This document shows, one piece after another, positions 21,866-33,501 of a stretch of DNA of 64,000 nucleotides; position 1 is the stretch's first letter, and each line of letters opens with the position of its first letter. This DNA is from Malacoraja senta. Its lineage: Eukaryota. The notes under the pieces were generated by a model. The model was not told where the DNA came from, did not search any database, and saw only the letters and a list, made by a program, of their open reading frames with translations. The translations under genes and the position numbers were made by a program. The DNA lies in the NCBI GenBank assembly GCA_038087875.1, contig JAXLNO010005716.1, forward strand, positions 1 to 64,000, written 5' to 3'.

Positions 21866-22168
21866 CTTTGTTATGGTTGGTCCGCGCTGACACTGGTGAG
21901 GATGATGAAGATTGTTGGGCGAAGCACACAAACTCCACCCCGCTGGTCCACTCCTCCACGCTGGTCCGGAGTTCACTGATCACTGGGTTTCGGGTGCCTT
22001 TATGGCTCAGTGTACGGGACACAACTCCTTTACTTCTCTCCTTTCCTCCCACCTTCCAGGTGAGATGGACCTGGCTCGGATCACTACAGATCACTGAACA
22101 TACCAGCGTAGCGGTCTTGTTGATCCAAATCTCTTTCATGCAAGGATTTTGAATGAAGACGGACAATA
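21866..22168 (-). CDS. IgW: IgW CH3
   Basis: atccacag| and G|gtgggc, 303 nt, phase 1/1; VLSVFIQNPCMKEIWINKTATLVCSVICS...TW...VEEWTSGVEFVC. Confidence 0.95.
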
Positions 22169-22224
22169 CTGTGGATCAGAAATGGAAAAGTTCAGAATTT
22201 TAGTTGAGACTCATCTGTTACTAA

Positions 22225-22565
22225 AGGGCCCGTCCCACTTACGCGACTTTTTCGGCGATTGCCGGCAACTGTCATAGGTCGTTGCAGGTCACCGAAAATG
22301 TTCAACATGTTGAAAATCCAACGGCGACCAGAACAAGGTACGACTCATTGGGCGACTACTCACGACCATACAGGCTTCACTCTGCGACATGTTGTCAGGG
22401 TGTGGCCTGTATGGTCGTGAGTAGTCTCCTCAGTCGCCCAAAGAGTCGTAGCATCTTTCTGGTCGCCGCTGAATTTTCAACATGTTAAACATTTTCAGCG
22501 ACCTGCTGCGACTATGACAGGTGCTGGCAGTCGCTGAAGAAAATTGCGTAAGTGGCTCAGGCTCT
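22225..22565. mobile_element. Harbinger-like foldback MITE, same family as 8330-8667
   Basis: TIR agggcccgtcccactt, palindromic body, TAA/TTA flanks. Confidence 0.78.
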
Positions 22566-23126
22566 TTATGGAAAGCCAGGGCAGAAATCCAAACAGGTGT
22601 CTTATAAAAGAACTTTAAGATGTTTATGTCATCACATAAAAGACTGATCAATGGCAGATCAAACTATACACTGGCTAGATTATTGCAAACAGAATAGCAG
22701 AAAAATCCGTGAAATAACAGGTTGGGTATTTTGACTGAAAAAAACAGTACAAAGGAGCCGTCAACTGGGATTTGACTCTCTTTCCCATCAACATTATCAG
22801 CTGGTACATTACAGGGGCACAATTTGACATGTGCTTTGCTTGGAACCTCTGCAGCATCGATTAGTAATACTGAGCAACATGAATGAGAAAAGCAACTTTT
22901 CTCCCTGTGGGCCAAGCCTGGGATTCCCTCAGTTTAAGAATGTCACATGCTGATATCGCAGCCTTACTCTGACCATGTATCTCACCATCTCTGAAACCTT
23001 CACCACAAACACAACCTTCAGTAAAGGTGTCATTCTTCCAACTCTGGGCACTCGTAAGCCTGCACTCCTTTCACCTTTGTACCTCTTGCTGTGTCACGTT
23101 GCAATGTTGCCCACAAGCACCAAAAC

Positions 23127-23374
23127 TCACTCAGCAGATCCCATCTCTCCTCCTTGAAATGAGGAATGATGGTAAATGTGAATCCAGGAGTTGTCGATCT
23201 GGTGACATGAGCTCCAAATTCCAACCCGTGATCTGGGAATTTCAATTCTATTAATAAATGCATTCTGACGTAAAACGCTTCCGTTGGTGGTGACACATGT
23301 TGATAGTTCACTGCTGCACTTCATGGAAGGGAATGTGTCATCATATCTGTTCTGGCCAGTACGCAACTCCACAC
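23127..23374 (-). CDS. Candidate additional secretory-tail exon (82 aa), unproven
   Basis: Acceptor ttttgctacag| opens a phase-1 frame GVELRTGQNRYDDTFPSMKCSSELSTC...GSAE* in non-repeat intron DNA; no canonical polyA found. Confidence 0.3.
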
Positions 23375-24457
23375 CTGTAGCAAAATGGCTACAGACTAGT
23401 GTCAGTTTAGTGTGACTGTGCTCCAGTGAAGACTTTGAGGCGTTTCAGTAATTGATAGAAACTATCTGAAATAAATTAGTGGCTGACTCTCCAGCGACAG
23501 CAGAGCAAATCATAAATGGTTAGAAGTATCAAGGTCCCCCTCCTGCTGCAGATTGGGATGAAATTCTGCATTAGATGTATTTTCCCGTTTCAGAATCATT
23601 GGGCGAGGAAGAGAATGATTTATTCATTCATTGCCCCTGACTGACCTGCACTGCCACTTGTCTTCTGAAGCAGCATCATGAGTCTAGTTGCACTCAGCTC
23701 ACTCTCGTGTGTGCACTGTTTACACACTCAGTCACTTGGACCACATGAGCTGTTTTTGCTCTCAAACACTTATTGTGGAGGGTGATTACGTTTGTGTCAG
23801 AATTGAAACTTTCAGTGAGCCTGGAGATTAAAGCCTTCAGCTGCGTAGAAGCAGAGGTCATACACAGTGTCTGTCTGACAGGAGACATAACATTTGTCAA
23901 TGTAAGATGTTGTCTATTTCACAACCCCTCATTCTTTAAGCAAAATGGCGAGCAAATTCCTTTCAAAAATAGTTATGTGCGTGATATTAGTGTGGATGAC
24001 AGTTGTTGCAGTGTCATCAGAAATTTGTAAGCCTAGTTTAACCGTGTATAATGTTCTTGCTTTGTGAATCTTGTTTTAATCAGCAATGTGATATTGTTTA
24101 ACATGTGTGTTTGCAAGATGCTCAATCCCGTCCCATATCAGTGACAGTCGTGTAGTTCCACCATCGCGGTGTCGGGGGGAAATCGCCTCATATGAAACCT
24201 GGCAGAGTATGGATACTCTCCATGCTGTCAAATATTGGTATCTTCCACAAGAGACATTTTGTCTTGCTTATCCTTGGATGATTATAACTAAACACGTCCA
24301 TTACTTGCAACATTCCTTGCATTCCCTGAGTTTCTCCTTTGGACTGAGGTCTGTGGTGAGTTAATAAATCTGTGGCAATTTGTGCTAACCACGGTTTTGA
24401 CCCAAAGCCTATACTGGAGACCGGTTTGAGCCCTGGATCTTGCCTCACCAGTTTGCC

Positions 24458-24463
24458 TTTATT
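24458..24463 (-). terminator. Probable polyA signal of the short secreted IgW transcript
   Basis: AATAAA ~320 nt after the short-tail stop. Confidence 0.55.
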
Positions 24464-24784
24464 ATAGGGTCACCCACTTTTTTACTGAGCCACGTTGACA
24501 TTTCACACCGTTCACCTTAAACATCTCCTGCCTTGCGATCTCTGGGTGGTCCTTGCTGACTAGAGTCTGAGCATGAAGACATCTGGCCAGTGGCACTGGG
24601 ATGTGAAGCAGCAATGTCTGCAAATGAATGAATATACAGGCAATGTGGAGGGGAGAGGGAGGCAGCTTGAATTGGGTATTTTCCCCCACTTTGGTACACT
24701 TTGATCCCAATGGAAACCAGAGGTTGGATTTGAATCTTATAAATGGGTTGTAATAATAGAATGACAAATTCCATACGCAGCCAA

Positions 24785-24912
24785 TTACTTTATTTCACAC
24801 TTTCCTGCCCAACAATGATACTGCCGGGTAGAACCATCTGAGAATGTCACATTGAGATTACTCTGGTAGAAGAACTTCGGCAGACACTTCGAACAGCCGG
24901 GACATTCTCCAC
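24785..24912 (-). CDS. IgW: IgW short-form Cys-rich secretory tail exon: GGECPGCSKCLPKFFYQSNLNVTFSDGSTRQYHCWAGKCEIK*
   Basis: cttccatttccag| phase 1 directly after CH2; 42 aa with 5 Cys; resembles the known skate IgX two-domain secreted tail (from memory). Confidence 0.9.
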
Positions 24913-25513
24913 CTGGAAATGGAAGATTCATTGATTTAAATGTTAAGAGATTTTCACCTCCTGTGTTGAGGAAACAGTAGAACCTCATATTCCCAGTCTG
25001 TGTCCTCAGTATTTATCAGCATGAGATTATGCCGACCACGATAAACTGCTTCACTTTGTCCAGGATCAGATAACAGTTTAAAGTGTGGAGATGATTTCAA
25101 AAATAATCCTTGGCACCGACATTTCATTGAAAGGTCAATCTACAGAACAGACTCTCAGGAAACAGTGGATAAAGGTGGATTTGGAGAAATTAACACAAAA
25201 AAGACAGTGAGAAGGGAAGAGAGATCTTCTCCAGATATCGAATGGGACCTGTGGTTTATTCACTGTCCCATTTTTCTTAGCACTGCACACAAAGGCAACC
25301 AGAGGAGTGAGAGTAAACACACTGGTGACCTTCCTCTCTACATGCCCTGTAGAATGAGTTAGAATTATTGATGGAAAGTATTGGCTTAAATTGCAAAAAG
25401 CCAAATCTGAACATAATACATCGCTCAACAGGACTGATCTCAGGGACAGGAATTTGGTGGAAATGTCAGTAAGATTGTTTAATACTGTAAATAAATTAAC
25501 AGACACCACTCAC

Positions 25514-25813
25514 CCTCTTGATATCTCATGTTGATCCTGTCGCTGAAGCCGGAAGGCGCGTGAGTCACTTCACAAGTATATTCCTGTTTGTTGGTCCATT
25601 CCTCCACACGCAACGGCAGGTAAGCAACTGTTTCAAATCCACCGTTAGTTCTCGGAGTGGACGGGAGAACGACACCCGCTTGATTAAGTCCAGCTTTTTT
25701 CCAGGAAACTTTAATATTATCAGGAGAGAATCCGGATATCATGCAGCCCAGGATAGCTGTTGTTTGATTGTGGAGAACCTCCGGAGATGGAACAAGGGGG
25801 ATGAGCTGTGGAG
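25514..25813 (-). CDS. IgW: IgW CH2
   Basis: gttacag| and G|gtgagt, 300 nt; APQLIPLVPSPEVLHNQTTAILGCMISGFSPDNIKVSW...EEWTNKQEYTCEVTH. Confidence 0.96.
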
Positions 25814-26787
25814 CTGTAACATATTTAATATTTGTTATTACATGATTCCTTCAGCCACAGTGTAGTGCCCCAGTACCAGCCCTCCCCACAATGCTGGTGA
25901 TATGCCGGTGATGTGTTGATACGGTGGGTCCCACAGTGAGGTGCTGGTCAGGGCTGTGATTGGGAGGCTGGGTTAGAACCCAGGCCTCCCCAGCAGTGTG
26001 GGCTGCTCTGCAGTGGTAAGGGTGGAGGTGAGTAAGTGGCATACAGACCATCTGTGATCTCAGTGTATGCTGGAGCAGACAAAGGAACAGATGAGACAAC
26101 TGTTTCTACTGGCAGGAGGTTTGGGAATCACAACTAAGTTGTCTTCACCTCTACTTTGTCTGTAACCTAGCCCACAGCTAACAATGGCCTTTCCTTTATC
26201 AGCATAACTTTTTTTGCATTTCTTTCGTTCATTAGTTCTATATCTCTCTATATCACCGTCTATACCTCTCTTTTCCCTTTCACCGACTCTCAGTCTGAAG
26301 AAGGGTCTCATCCCGAAACATCACCTTTTCTCCAGAGATGCTGCCTGACCCGCTGAGTTACTCCAGCTTTTACTGTCAATCTTCGCTTTAAACCAGCATC
26401 TGCAGTTCCTTCTGACACAACTTTAAGTTTAATGGGAAAGGAGGTCAGATAGACAAGAGGAAAGTGCAGGAAGAATGAGGAAGGATTAAATCTCCACACT
26501 GTGCACGTGCACAATAGATGTGGCTTTGTACCCAGCAGCTGATCTGGAGGGAGGTGTTTGGGGTGGGAGAGAGCTGCAGGAATTAGACAAAGCAGTGGAT
26601 AGAATGGAGGCAGATCAAGATGAGATGCTTCCTCCGTGAATTCCCCTCCCCCCCCCACCATTATCTCCTTCCACATAAATTCTCACTGTCTTTTTCCTTG
26701 TGCAGCAACACTGGCTGATAGGAGGACAAAGGCTTCCACTTCAGTTTTATCGTCAGCTTTAAATAGACAACAAAATCTCACACTAAC

Positions 26788-27096
26788 CTTGAGGCTTCTG
26801 GAACTCCGTTATCACCATGTTGTTCGGCTTGAATCCTGCCTTGCAGTAGTAGACGTTATTCCTGTTCCAATCTGCCACAGGGACTCGCAGCAAGCTGCTC
26901 ATTGTGTACTTGTTGTTTTGTCCCAACACTGGTGGGTACTTTGTGATTCCAGTGTTGATGTCCCCACTGCTGTTGGACCATGTCTGACTGATGATCTCAG
27001 GCTGGTAGTCCTTGACCAGACAGAGGAGGCTGACCTCTTGGTCAGATTCTGTGTTGCAGGAAGAGGTGATGTGGACTGAAGGCGAGGTCTCACCCT
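26788..27096 (-). CDS. IgW: IgW CH1
   Basis: catttcag| and G|gttagt, 309 nt; EGETSPSVHITSSCNTESDQEVSLLCLVKDYQPEIISQTW...ADWNRNNVYYCKAG; extra N-terminal Cys at the usual L-chain bond position. Confidence 0.96.
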
Positions 27097-27669
27097 CTGA
27101 AATGTAAATAAATTAACAGTTGGTTCTGTAGTAAATGGATTATTACCAGCGCGTGCAACAGGTTCATGCTGATTGCTGAGTAAATGCAGGTGATTCAGGC
27201 TGGGAGAAGGTCAGGCAGAGCAGAGAAATGGCTCCTTTCCCAATCCCTTTCACACCGTGCATGACCAAGCAGTGAAATGCTGATCTCACACTGGCCACTG
27301 GGGAGGCAACTTCTACCAACCAGAGGGACAAACCGGCCTGTGCTGTGGGTGATGTGTCCCAGGTCAGGAAGCAGATGGTATGGTGCCAGATGGACCATAT
27401 CCACAACCACCGGGCCAAATGGTGCTGGATCTGGCCTGTTGTGGACCTTCCTCAACGCTGGGCCCCGGGGAGTGTTGTACAACTAAGGGATCTTGGAGTA
27501 CAGGTACACAGATCCCAGGAAGCGTTGTCACAGGTTGGTAAAAAAAGCTCTTCATGAGTCAGGGAATTGATAAACAGTAATCCCTCATTTTAACAGACCC
27601 CTTTATAACAGATTTAGGATATAGCGGACGGACCTGCTGATACCACCCTGCCATGCATGGCTCTTGACC

Positions 27670-27832
27670 GCTTAGAGCCCCGGCTTCCAACTCCAACCCC
27701 GACTTGCAAGTGAGCCCTTCTTCACCCACCACCATATGGCCCATGATGCTGCTGTTGTTGCGGCTCATGGAGCCCCCGAGATGAGCGCTTTCTTCAAGCT
27801 GCCGTCCTCGACAGGACGTGCTTGGTCACCAT
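27670..27832 (-). pseudogene. Histone H1 globular-domain-like relic (frameshifted)
   Basis: SLKKALISG-/-MSRNNSSI ... WVKKGSL versus H1 [20 protein letters not shown]...LVSKGTL. Confidence 0.55.
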
Positions 27833-28047
27833 GAGGCTCCCTCCCCTCCCACCTGCTGCTGCTTCAACCTGTCAGCTCTTCACTTTGCCCAATCCCTGCT
27901 CGACCGCCATTCCATCATCCTCCCCTCGCTCTGTCCGCTCGGCCTCTTCCCCCTCCCCCCTCCACTGCCATCTCCCCCTCCTTCTCCCTGGAGTCACCAA
28001 CATACTGCACCTTGGAAGCAGCAGCTGGTGAGAGGAGAGGGTGCCCC

Positions 28048-28213
28048 ATGGTGAGCGTGCACCCTGTCAGTGGCAGCGGCCTGAAGAAAGCACTGCCAGC
28101 CAGAGGCTACAATGTGAGCCACAACCACAGCCGTGTCACCGGACCGTGCGGTGGATGAAGAAGGACTCGCTGGTGCAGAGCAGAGGCAATGGTGCCTGGT
28201 TTTAAGGTGAAAC
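28048..28213 (+). pseudogene. Histone H1 globular-domain-like relic (frameshifted)
   Basis: LKKALPARGYNVSHNHSRV-/-MKKDSLVQSRGNGA.FKV versus H1 [39 protein letters not shown]. Confidence 0.68.
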
Positions 28214-28479
28214 AACACAAAGTGTTTGAGTAACCCAGCAGACTGAATCAGTCTGAAGAAGAGTCCCCACCTCACCTATCGATGTTCTCCACAGATGCTC
28301 CCTGACCAGTTGAGTTACTCCAGCACTTTGTGTCTTTTTGTGTATTAACCAGCATCTTCATTCTTTGTTTCAACTACATACATGGATAAAACCTTACTCG
28401 TTTAAAGCGGACATTCTGCAATAACGGATACTATCCCCCCACACCATGGTCCGTTAAAATGAGGGTTTACTGTTCAGAA

Positions 28480-29000
28480 GTTGGATGTTGTACTAGAGTG
28501 TTACAAGAAATCGGTGAGGCTGAATTTGGAATACAATGTTGAGTTTTCATCAAGCTACTCCAGGAAAGATATCATTAGGCTAGAAGAGTGCTGAGAAGAT
28601 ATACAAGAATGTTGCCAGGACGCAAGGGCCTGAGCTGGAGGGAAAAGTAGGGCAGGCTCGGACTTTACTCCTTTATACCTCTAGAAGGCAGAAGAGTGAT
28701 CCTATAAAATCATGAGGGGAATAGATAGGGTGTATGCACAGTCTTTTACACAGGATAGGGGAATCAAGATATAGGTGTAAGATGAGAGGAACGAGATTTA
28801 ATGGGAATGTGTGGGGAACTTTCTCATACACAGGGTGGTGGGTATATGGAACAGGCTGCCAGAGGAAACAGTTGATACATGGATAGGAAAGGATTGGACA
28901 TGAGGTAAACATGGGCAAGTAGGACTAGCATACATGGGGCATCAGGCTGCCTTGCACGAGCTGAGCTGAAGGGCCTGTTTCCGTGCTGTATGTCTCTATG
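28480..29000 (+). mobile_element. Highly degenerate CR1 3' fragment plus SINE tail
   Basis: ggaaagatatcattaggctagaa, tttttcatacacagggtggtgggtatatggaa, gaagggcctgtttccgtgctgtat. Confidence 0.65.
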
Positions 29001-29355
29001 TCTCTGAGATTAATGGGCTGGGAAATGCTTTGAGATGTCCTGGGGTTGTGGAAACCTTCAACAAAATAAAAAAGCATCAAATATGTGGAAATAGTGTGGT
29101 TGTGAGAAACTATACTGAAAGAGTTTGATGAAAGAGCACTGAATTGAAAGGGTGATTCTGCTTCTCTCCCCACAGATGCTGCCTGAGCTGCTGAGTGTTT
29201 CGCGCAGGAGGCTCAATAATGTCAGGTGGAGAGATTTGCAGCTCACAGCGTTTTCCATCCCGGGATCAGCAGGTGGTGAGTGCAGTTTAATTTGGATCAA
29301 TGTTCCTAATATGGTCAGGAGGTGGGTCATGGACTGGAAAGCACATCATACTGGC

Positions 29356-30027
29356 AGTTGGGTGTTGGGGTGAGGAGCTGGGTGGAGCAGCAGGGTGCTG
29401 GGATGAGGAGTTGGGTGCTGGGGTGAGGAGCTGGGTCTAGCAGGGTGCTGGGGTGAGGAGCTGGGTGCTGGGGTGAGGAGCTGGGTGCTGGGGTGAGGAG
29501 TTGGGTGCTGGGGTGAGGAGCTGGGTGCTGGGGTGAGGAGCTGGGTGCTGGGGTGGGGAACTGGGTGCTGGGGTGAGGAGCTGGGTGCTGGGGTGAGGAG
29601 CAGCAGGGTGCTGGGGTGAGGAGCAGCAGGGTGCTGGGGTGGAGCAGCAGGGTGCTGGGGTGAGGAGCTGGGTGCTGGGGTGAGGAGCTGGGTGCTGGGG
29701 TGAGGAGCTGGGTGCTGGGGTGAGGAGCTGGGTGCTGGGGTGAGGAGCTGGGTGCTGGGGTGAGGAGCTGGGTGCTGGGGTGAGGAGCTGGGTGCTGGGG
29801 TGAGGAGCTGGGTGCTGGGGTGAGGAGCTGGGTGCTGGGGTGAGGAGCTGGGTGCTGGGGTGAGGAGCTGGGAGCTGGGGTGAGGAGCTGGGTGCTGGGG
29901 TGAGGAGCTGGGTGCTGGGGTGAGGAGCTGGGTGCTGGGGTGAGGAGCTGGGTGCTGGGGTGAGGAGCTGGGTGCTGGGGTGAGGACAGGGTGCTGGGGG
30001 GTGCAGTAGTGTGCTGGGGTGAGGAGC
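29356..30027 (+). repeat. G-rich 20-bp minisatellite (CTGGGTGCTGGGGTGAGGAG)n, ~33 units, switch-region-like, in the J-C intron
   Basis: Direct reading; about 24 AGCT sites plus a TGCT in most units; contains GAGCT and GGGGT pentamers. Confidence 0.95.
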
Positions 30028-30934
30028 GGCAATCAACTGCCCGTCTGGGTTGCCATCCTGGGGGCATTTAGTACCAATTGCATTGCTGGGTCAGAAATAG
30101 GCTCGACTGGGTAAGGACAATAGATCTCCTTCGCTGAGGGACAGCAGGGAAACTGAGAGGTCATCATTACTGTGGATTAGTGCACAAAATCCAGGTTATT
30201 AACAAAAGAAAATCTGACGCAGGTCCAATCTGTCCCAGATTATGAACAGAGTATAAATTCCACAGTTGTTGCGGAATTAAACTGGGGTCTGATTGCAACC
30301 TTATGCCTGTCCATTGGATCACTGTGGTGTCTCGGACAACATTTCCCTTCTGCTGTGTGCAGAGTGGATCCACAGTCCCTCCTTTACAACACGGCTCTAA
30401 TGTGAACATGCCTCACTGCCTGTGAAGTGCTCAGGGACACCATGAAAGGTGCTCTGTGAATGACCACTGAGATTCACTGAGACACCAGCAGCCCTGGTTA
30501 ATGGAGCAAAGCACTTGTTGGACAAACCCAGTCGGCTGATGGAGGAGGGCAGGAAATTAGAGCCAAATCCTCCATCTGTGAACTGGGAAAAAGCAGTTCT
30601 TTTGTGCAGCAAAACTCACGTCAAAAACACCAAACAACTTGACTCAGAATCTAAACTACGCGCATCAGTGAATTCACAATGAAGAATAAAAGGTATTGAC
30701 TTACTAAGGATCTCTAAATGTTGAAATTCAATACAAAACACAAAGAAAACCAGATGTACTAAAACCCACAACTAGAACCATGTACAACATTCTCTCATTA
30801 TGTTCAAATCATTCATTATTGTGAACCTTTGTTTTTGAACCAGCATCAATTTGTTTTACAATCTAGAGAATGTTCTGTGTTCTGAAGCATTTACACAAGG
30901 ATTGTTTGACAGAGCAATGTAGAGGGAGCTTGAC

Positions 30935-31200
30935 TCTGTGTCAAACACTCTGTCCCTGCACTGGGAGTATGTAACAGTGTAGAGGGAACTTCACTCAGTG
31001 TCTAACCTGTAACCTGGGAGTGTGTGGGGACAGTGTAGAGGGAACTTCACTCAGTGACTAACCCATACCCTGGGTGTGTGTGGAGACAGTGTAGAGGGAA
31101 CTTCACTCAGTGACTAACCCATACCCTGGGTGTGTGTGGGGACAGGTTGGAGGGAGCCTCACTCCTTGTCTAACCTGTGCTGTCCCTTCCCTGGGAGCAT
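30935..31200 (+). repeat. Tandem ~55-bp satellite-like repeat (acagtgtagagggaacttcactcagt...)
   Basis: 4-5 diverged copies visible. Confidence 0.75.
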
Positions 31201-31699
31201 TGGGACAGGACAGATGGAATTTTGTATCTAATCTGTAGCTGACAGCACAGTGACACGGGGAGATTTATTCTGCATTTGACTCGTGCTCTGTCTGCCCTGG
31301 ATGTGTTTGATGGGATCGCTTTGTGTGAGCAGGTACTGGAGTCATAGCGTCATAGATTAATAGTATGGAAACAGGCAGATTAATCTCCAAAAGACTGGAG
31401 GGTGGCTGATACTGAAGTGTAATTGAAGGAGGACATTAGGGCCAAGCCAGGGATCTACACCAGTGAGCCTAACGTCATTGGTGGGAATGTCCTTAGGGAC
31501 AGGAACTACCAGTATTTGGATAGGCACAGACTGATTAGGGATAGTCCTAAGTTTACAAGATCTAGATCACTTGGGAGGGTGGGCCAAGGATTAGGGACAG
31601 CATGGCTTGTGTTGGGGAAATTGTGCCACATAAACCTGATAAGGTTCAACAAGGTCTGGCATGGTGGGCTGGCGTGGAAGGTTAGATCACATGAAACCC

Positions 31700-32860
31700 A
31701 CATGAGCTAAATTAGCTTGGAGGAAGTGGACTGCTGCAGGGGTCAGTGCTGAGACCACTGTTGTTGGTTATCTACATTAACAGTTTGCCATACAATATAG
31801 TGGACATTGATAGTAAGTTTGCAGATTACACCAAAATCAGTGCATGAGTGGACAGTGAGAAGGATAAGTTTACAAGAAGATCTAGATCAGTTGGGAAGGG
31901 GAGCCTAGGAATACCAAATGGAATTTAACTCTGACAAGTGAGGGGGGGTTGAACTTTGGTGGATCAAACCAGGGCTGGACTTACACAGTAAATGGTAGAG
32001 CCTGGAGAGTGTTGTAGAACAGACAGATGGTGAAATGCAGGGGCATGGTTCGCTGAGAGTGGCGAGTTAGGTGGACAGGGAGCTGGGGTGGCTTTTGGCA
32101 GACTGCCTTCAATGGGAAGGGTACTGAGTATAAAAGTTGGGATATGATGATGCAGCTGTACAAGTCATTGGTGAGACCACACTTGGAGTTAGTACTGTGT
32201 GCAGTTCTGGTCACCCAGCTACAGGAAGGGTGTCATTATATTGGGAAGGACTTCGAAAAGATTCACCAAGATATTATACAATCAATACAATACAATCAGT
32301 TTTATTCGTCACTTGCACATAAAGTGCAAGTGAAATGAATTTGCCGGCAGCGGTACAATGAAAAAGAACACACAAAACACAATAAAAACTTAACACAAAC
32401 ATCCACCACAGCATTCATCACTGTGGTGGAAGGCACAACATTTGGCCAGTCCTCCTCCACATGTCTGGACATGTGGGGTTCTGTTTTAGGGAGAGGGAGG
32501 ATAAGGTGGGGTTTCTTTCTTTGGAACAAAGGACACTAGGCGGCAACCTTATTGAGGTGAACAAGATCACGAGGGGCATGGATAAGGTGCACACTCACAG
32601 GCTTTTCCCCAGGATAGAGGTTTCTAAAACAAGAGGGCACAGGCGTAAGGTGCGTGGGGAGAGATTTAAAAGGGGACTTCAGGAGCATTTTTATTCACAT
32701 TGGGTCGACAGTATCTGGAATGAGTTGCCAGAGGGAACTATAAAAGCAGATAGAATTACGATTATCAAAAAAATCCGGTATATGGATGAGAAGGATATGT
32801 GGCCAATGGGACGAGCCCAGAAAGCCGGCTTGGTCGGCATGCACAAGATGGACTGAAGGC
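31700..32860 (+). mobile_element. Degenerate CR1 RT and 3' fragments with a SINE/LINE tail inserted (~32280-32460)
   Basis: KFADYTK, MQLYKSLVRPHLE, LEQRTLGGNLIEVNKITRGMDKV. Confidence 0.75.
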
Positions 32861-33088
32861 AAATGATGGCGAGACTCAGGGAAAGAACATACTGTGGGGC
32901 AGTTCAACGTGCTGGGAAATGTACTGTTGCTGGGTAGATTCTAACTCTGGAGAAACCCGCCTATGTCCGGGAAATCCGTGCAATTGTTCCAAATATCTCA
33001 CCGAGTTCAAGTCAATTACAGAATTCGCAAAGACCATAAATTAATAAAAACACAACTGGGTAAAATGGAATTGAGGAATTGGTCTTAC

Positions 33089-33136
33089 CTGAAGTCACTG
33101 TCAGCGAGGTTCCTGCGCCCCAGTAGCGAAGATAGT
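33089..33136 (-). CDS. IGHJ: JH segment: YLRYWGAGTSLTVTS
   Basis: WGXG motif; donor G|gtaaga at 33088. Confidence 0.96.
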
Positions 33137-33175
33137 CACACTGCTTCATCTTCCCACTCAGTCAGTACAATAACT
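33137..33175 (+). promoter_or_regulatory. JH 23-RSS
   Basis: CACACTG - 23 nt - ACAATAACT. Confidence 0.92.
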
Positions 33176-33501
33176 CCACTCGCCCTCCACATCCAATAAT
33201 CTCAGCAAAGTGTCAACGTGAACTGGACCAGGAGCAGGAGCAGCCGCTTCCTGCATTTCCATCCCAATCTCCATCCTTGTTCAACCTCTGGTGTGAATAA
33301 AAGAGGTATTTTTGCCGTCTGCTGCCACCGGCTCTGGCCGTCCCTCACAAACACAATCGCCTCCTTTTGGGCATTTAACCGGCCAGAAATGGACATTTCT
33401 TCCCTGCAGTGCGAGCCAGGCTTCATGGATTTGACTCTGGCAAGCAGCAATGTACAATGGGTGGAGACAGACTGCGCTGCGGACGCTCATTTGTCGGGGG
33501 G

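Noticed and set aside
23694-23900. Acceptor ttatgtctcctgtcag with a 68-aa ORF
   Set aside because: Phase-1 reading stops after 5 codons, so it is incompatible with IgW exons
29220-29280. E-box/octamer-like cluster (CAGGTG, ATTTGCAG, CAGGTG) as intronic enhancer
   Set aside because: Short motifs with a mismatched octamer are expected by chance; cannot be supported without conservation or chromatin data
29327-30067. Three long Pro/His-rich ORFs (199-246 aa)
   Set aside because: Translation artefacts of the stop-free 20-bp minisatellite; no splice or start context
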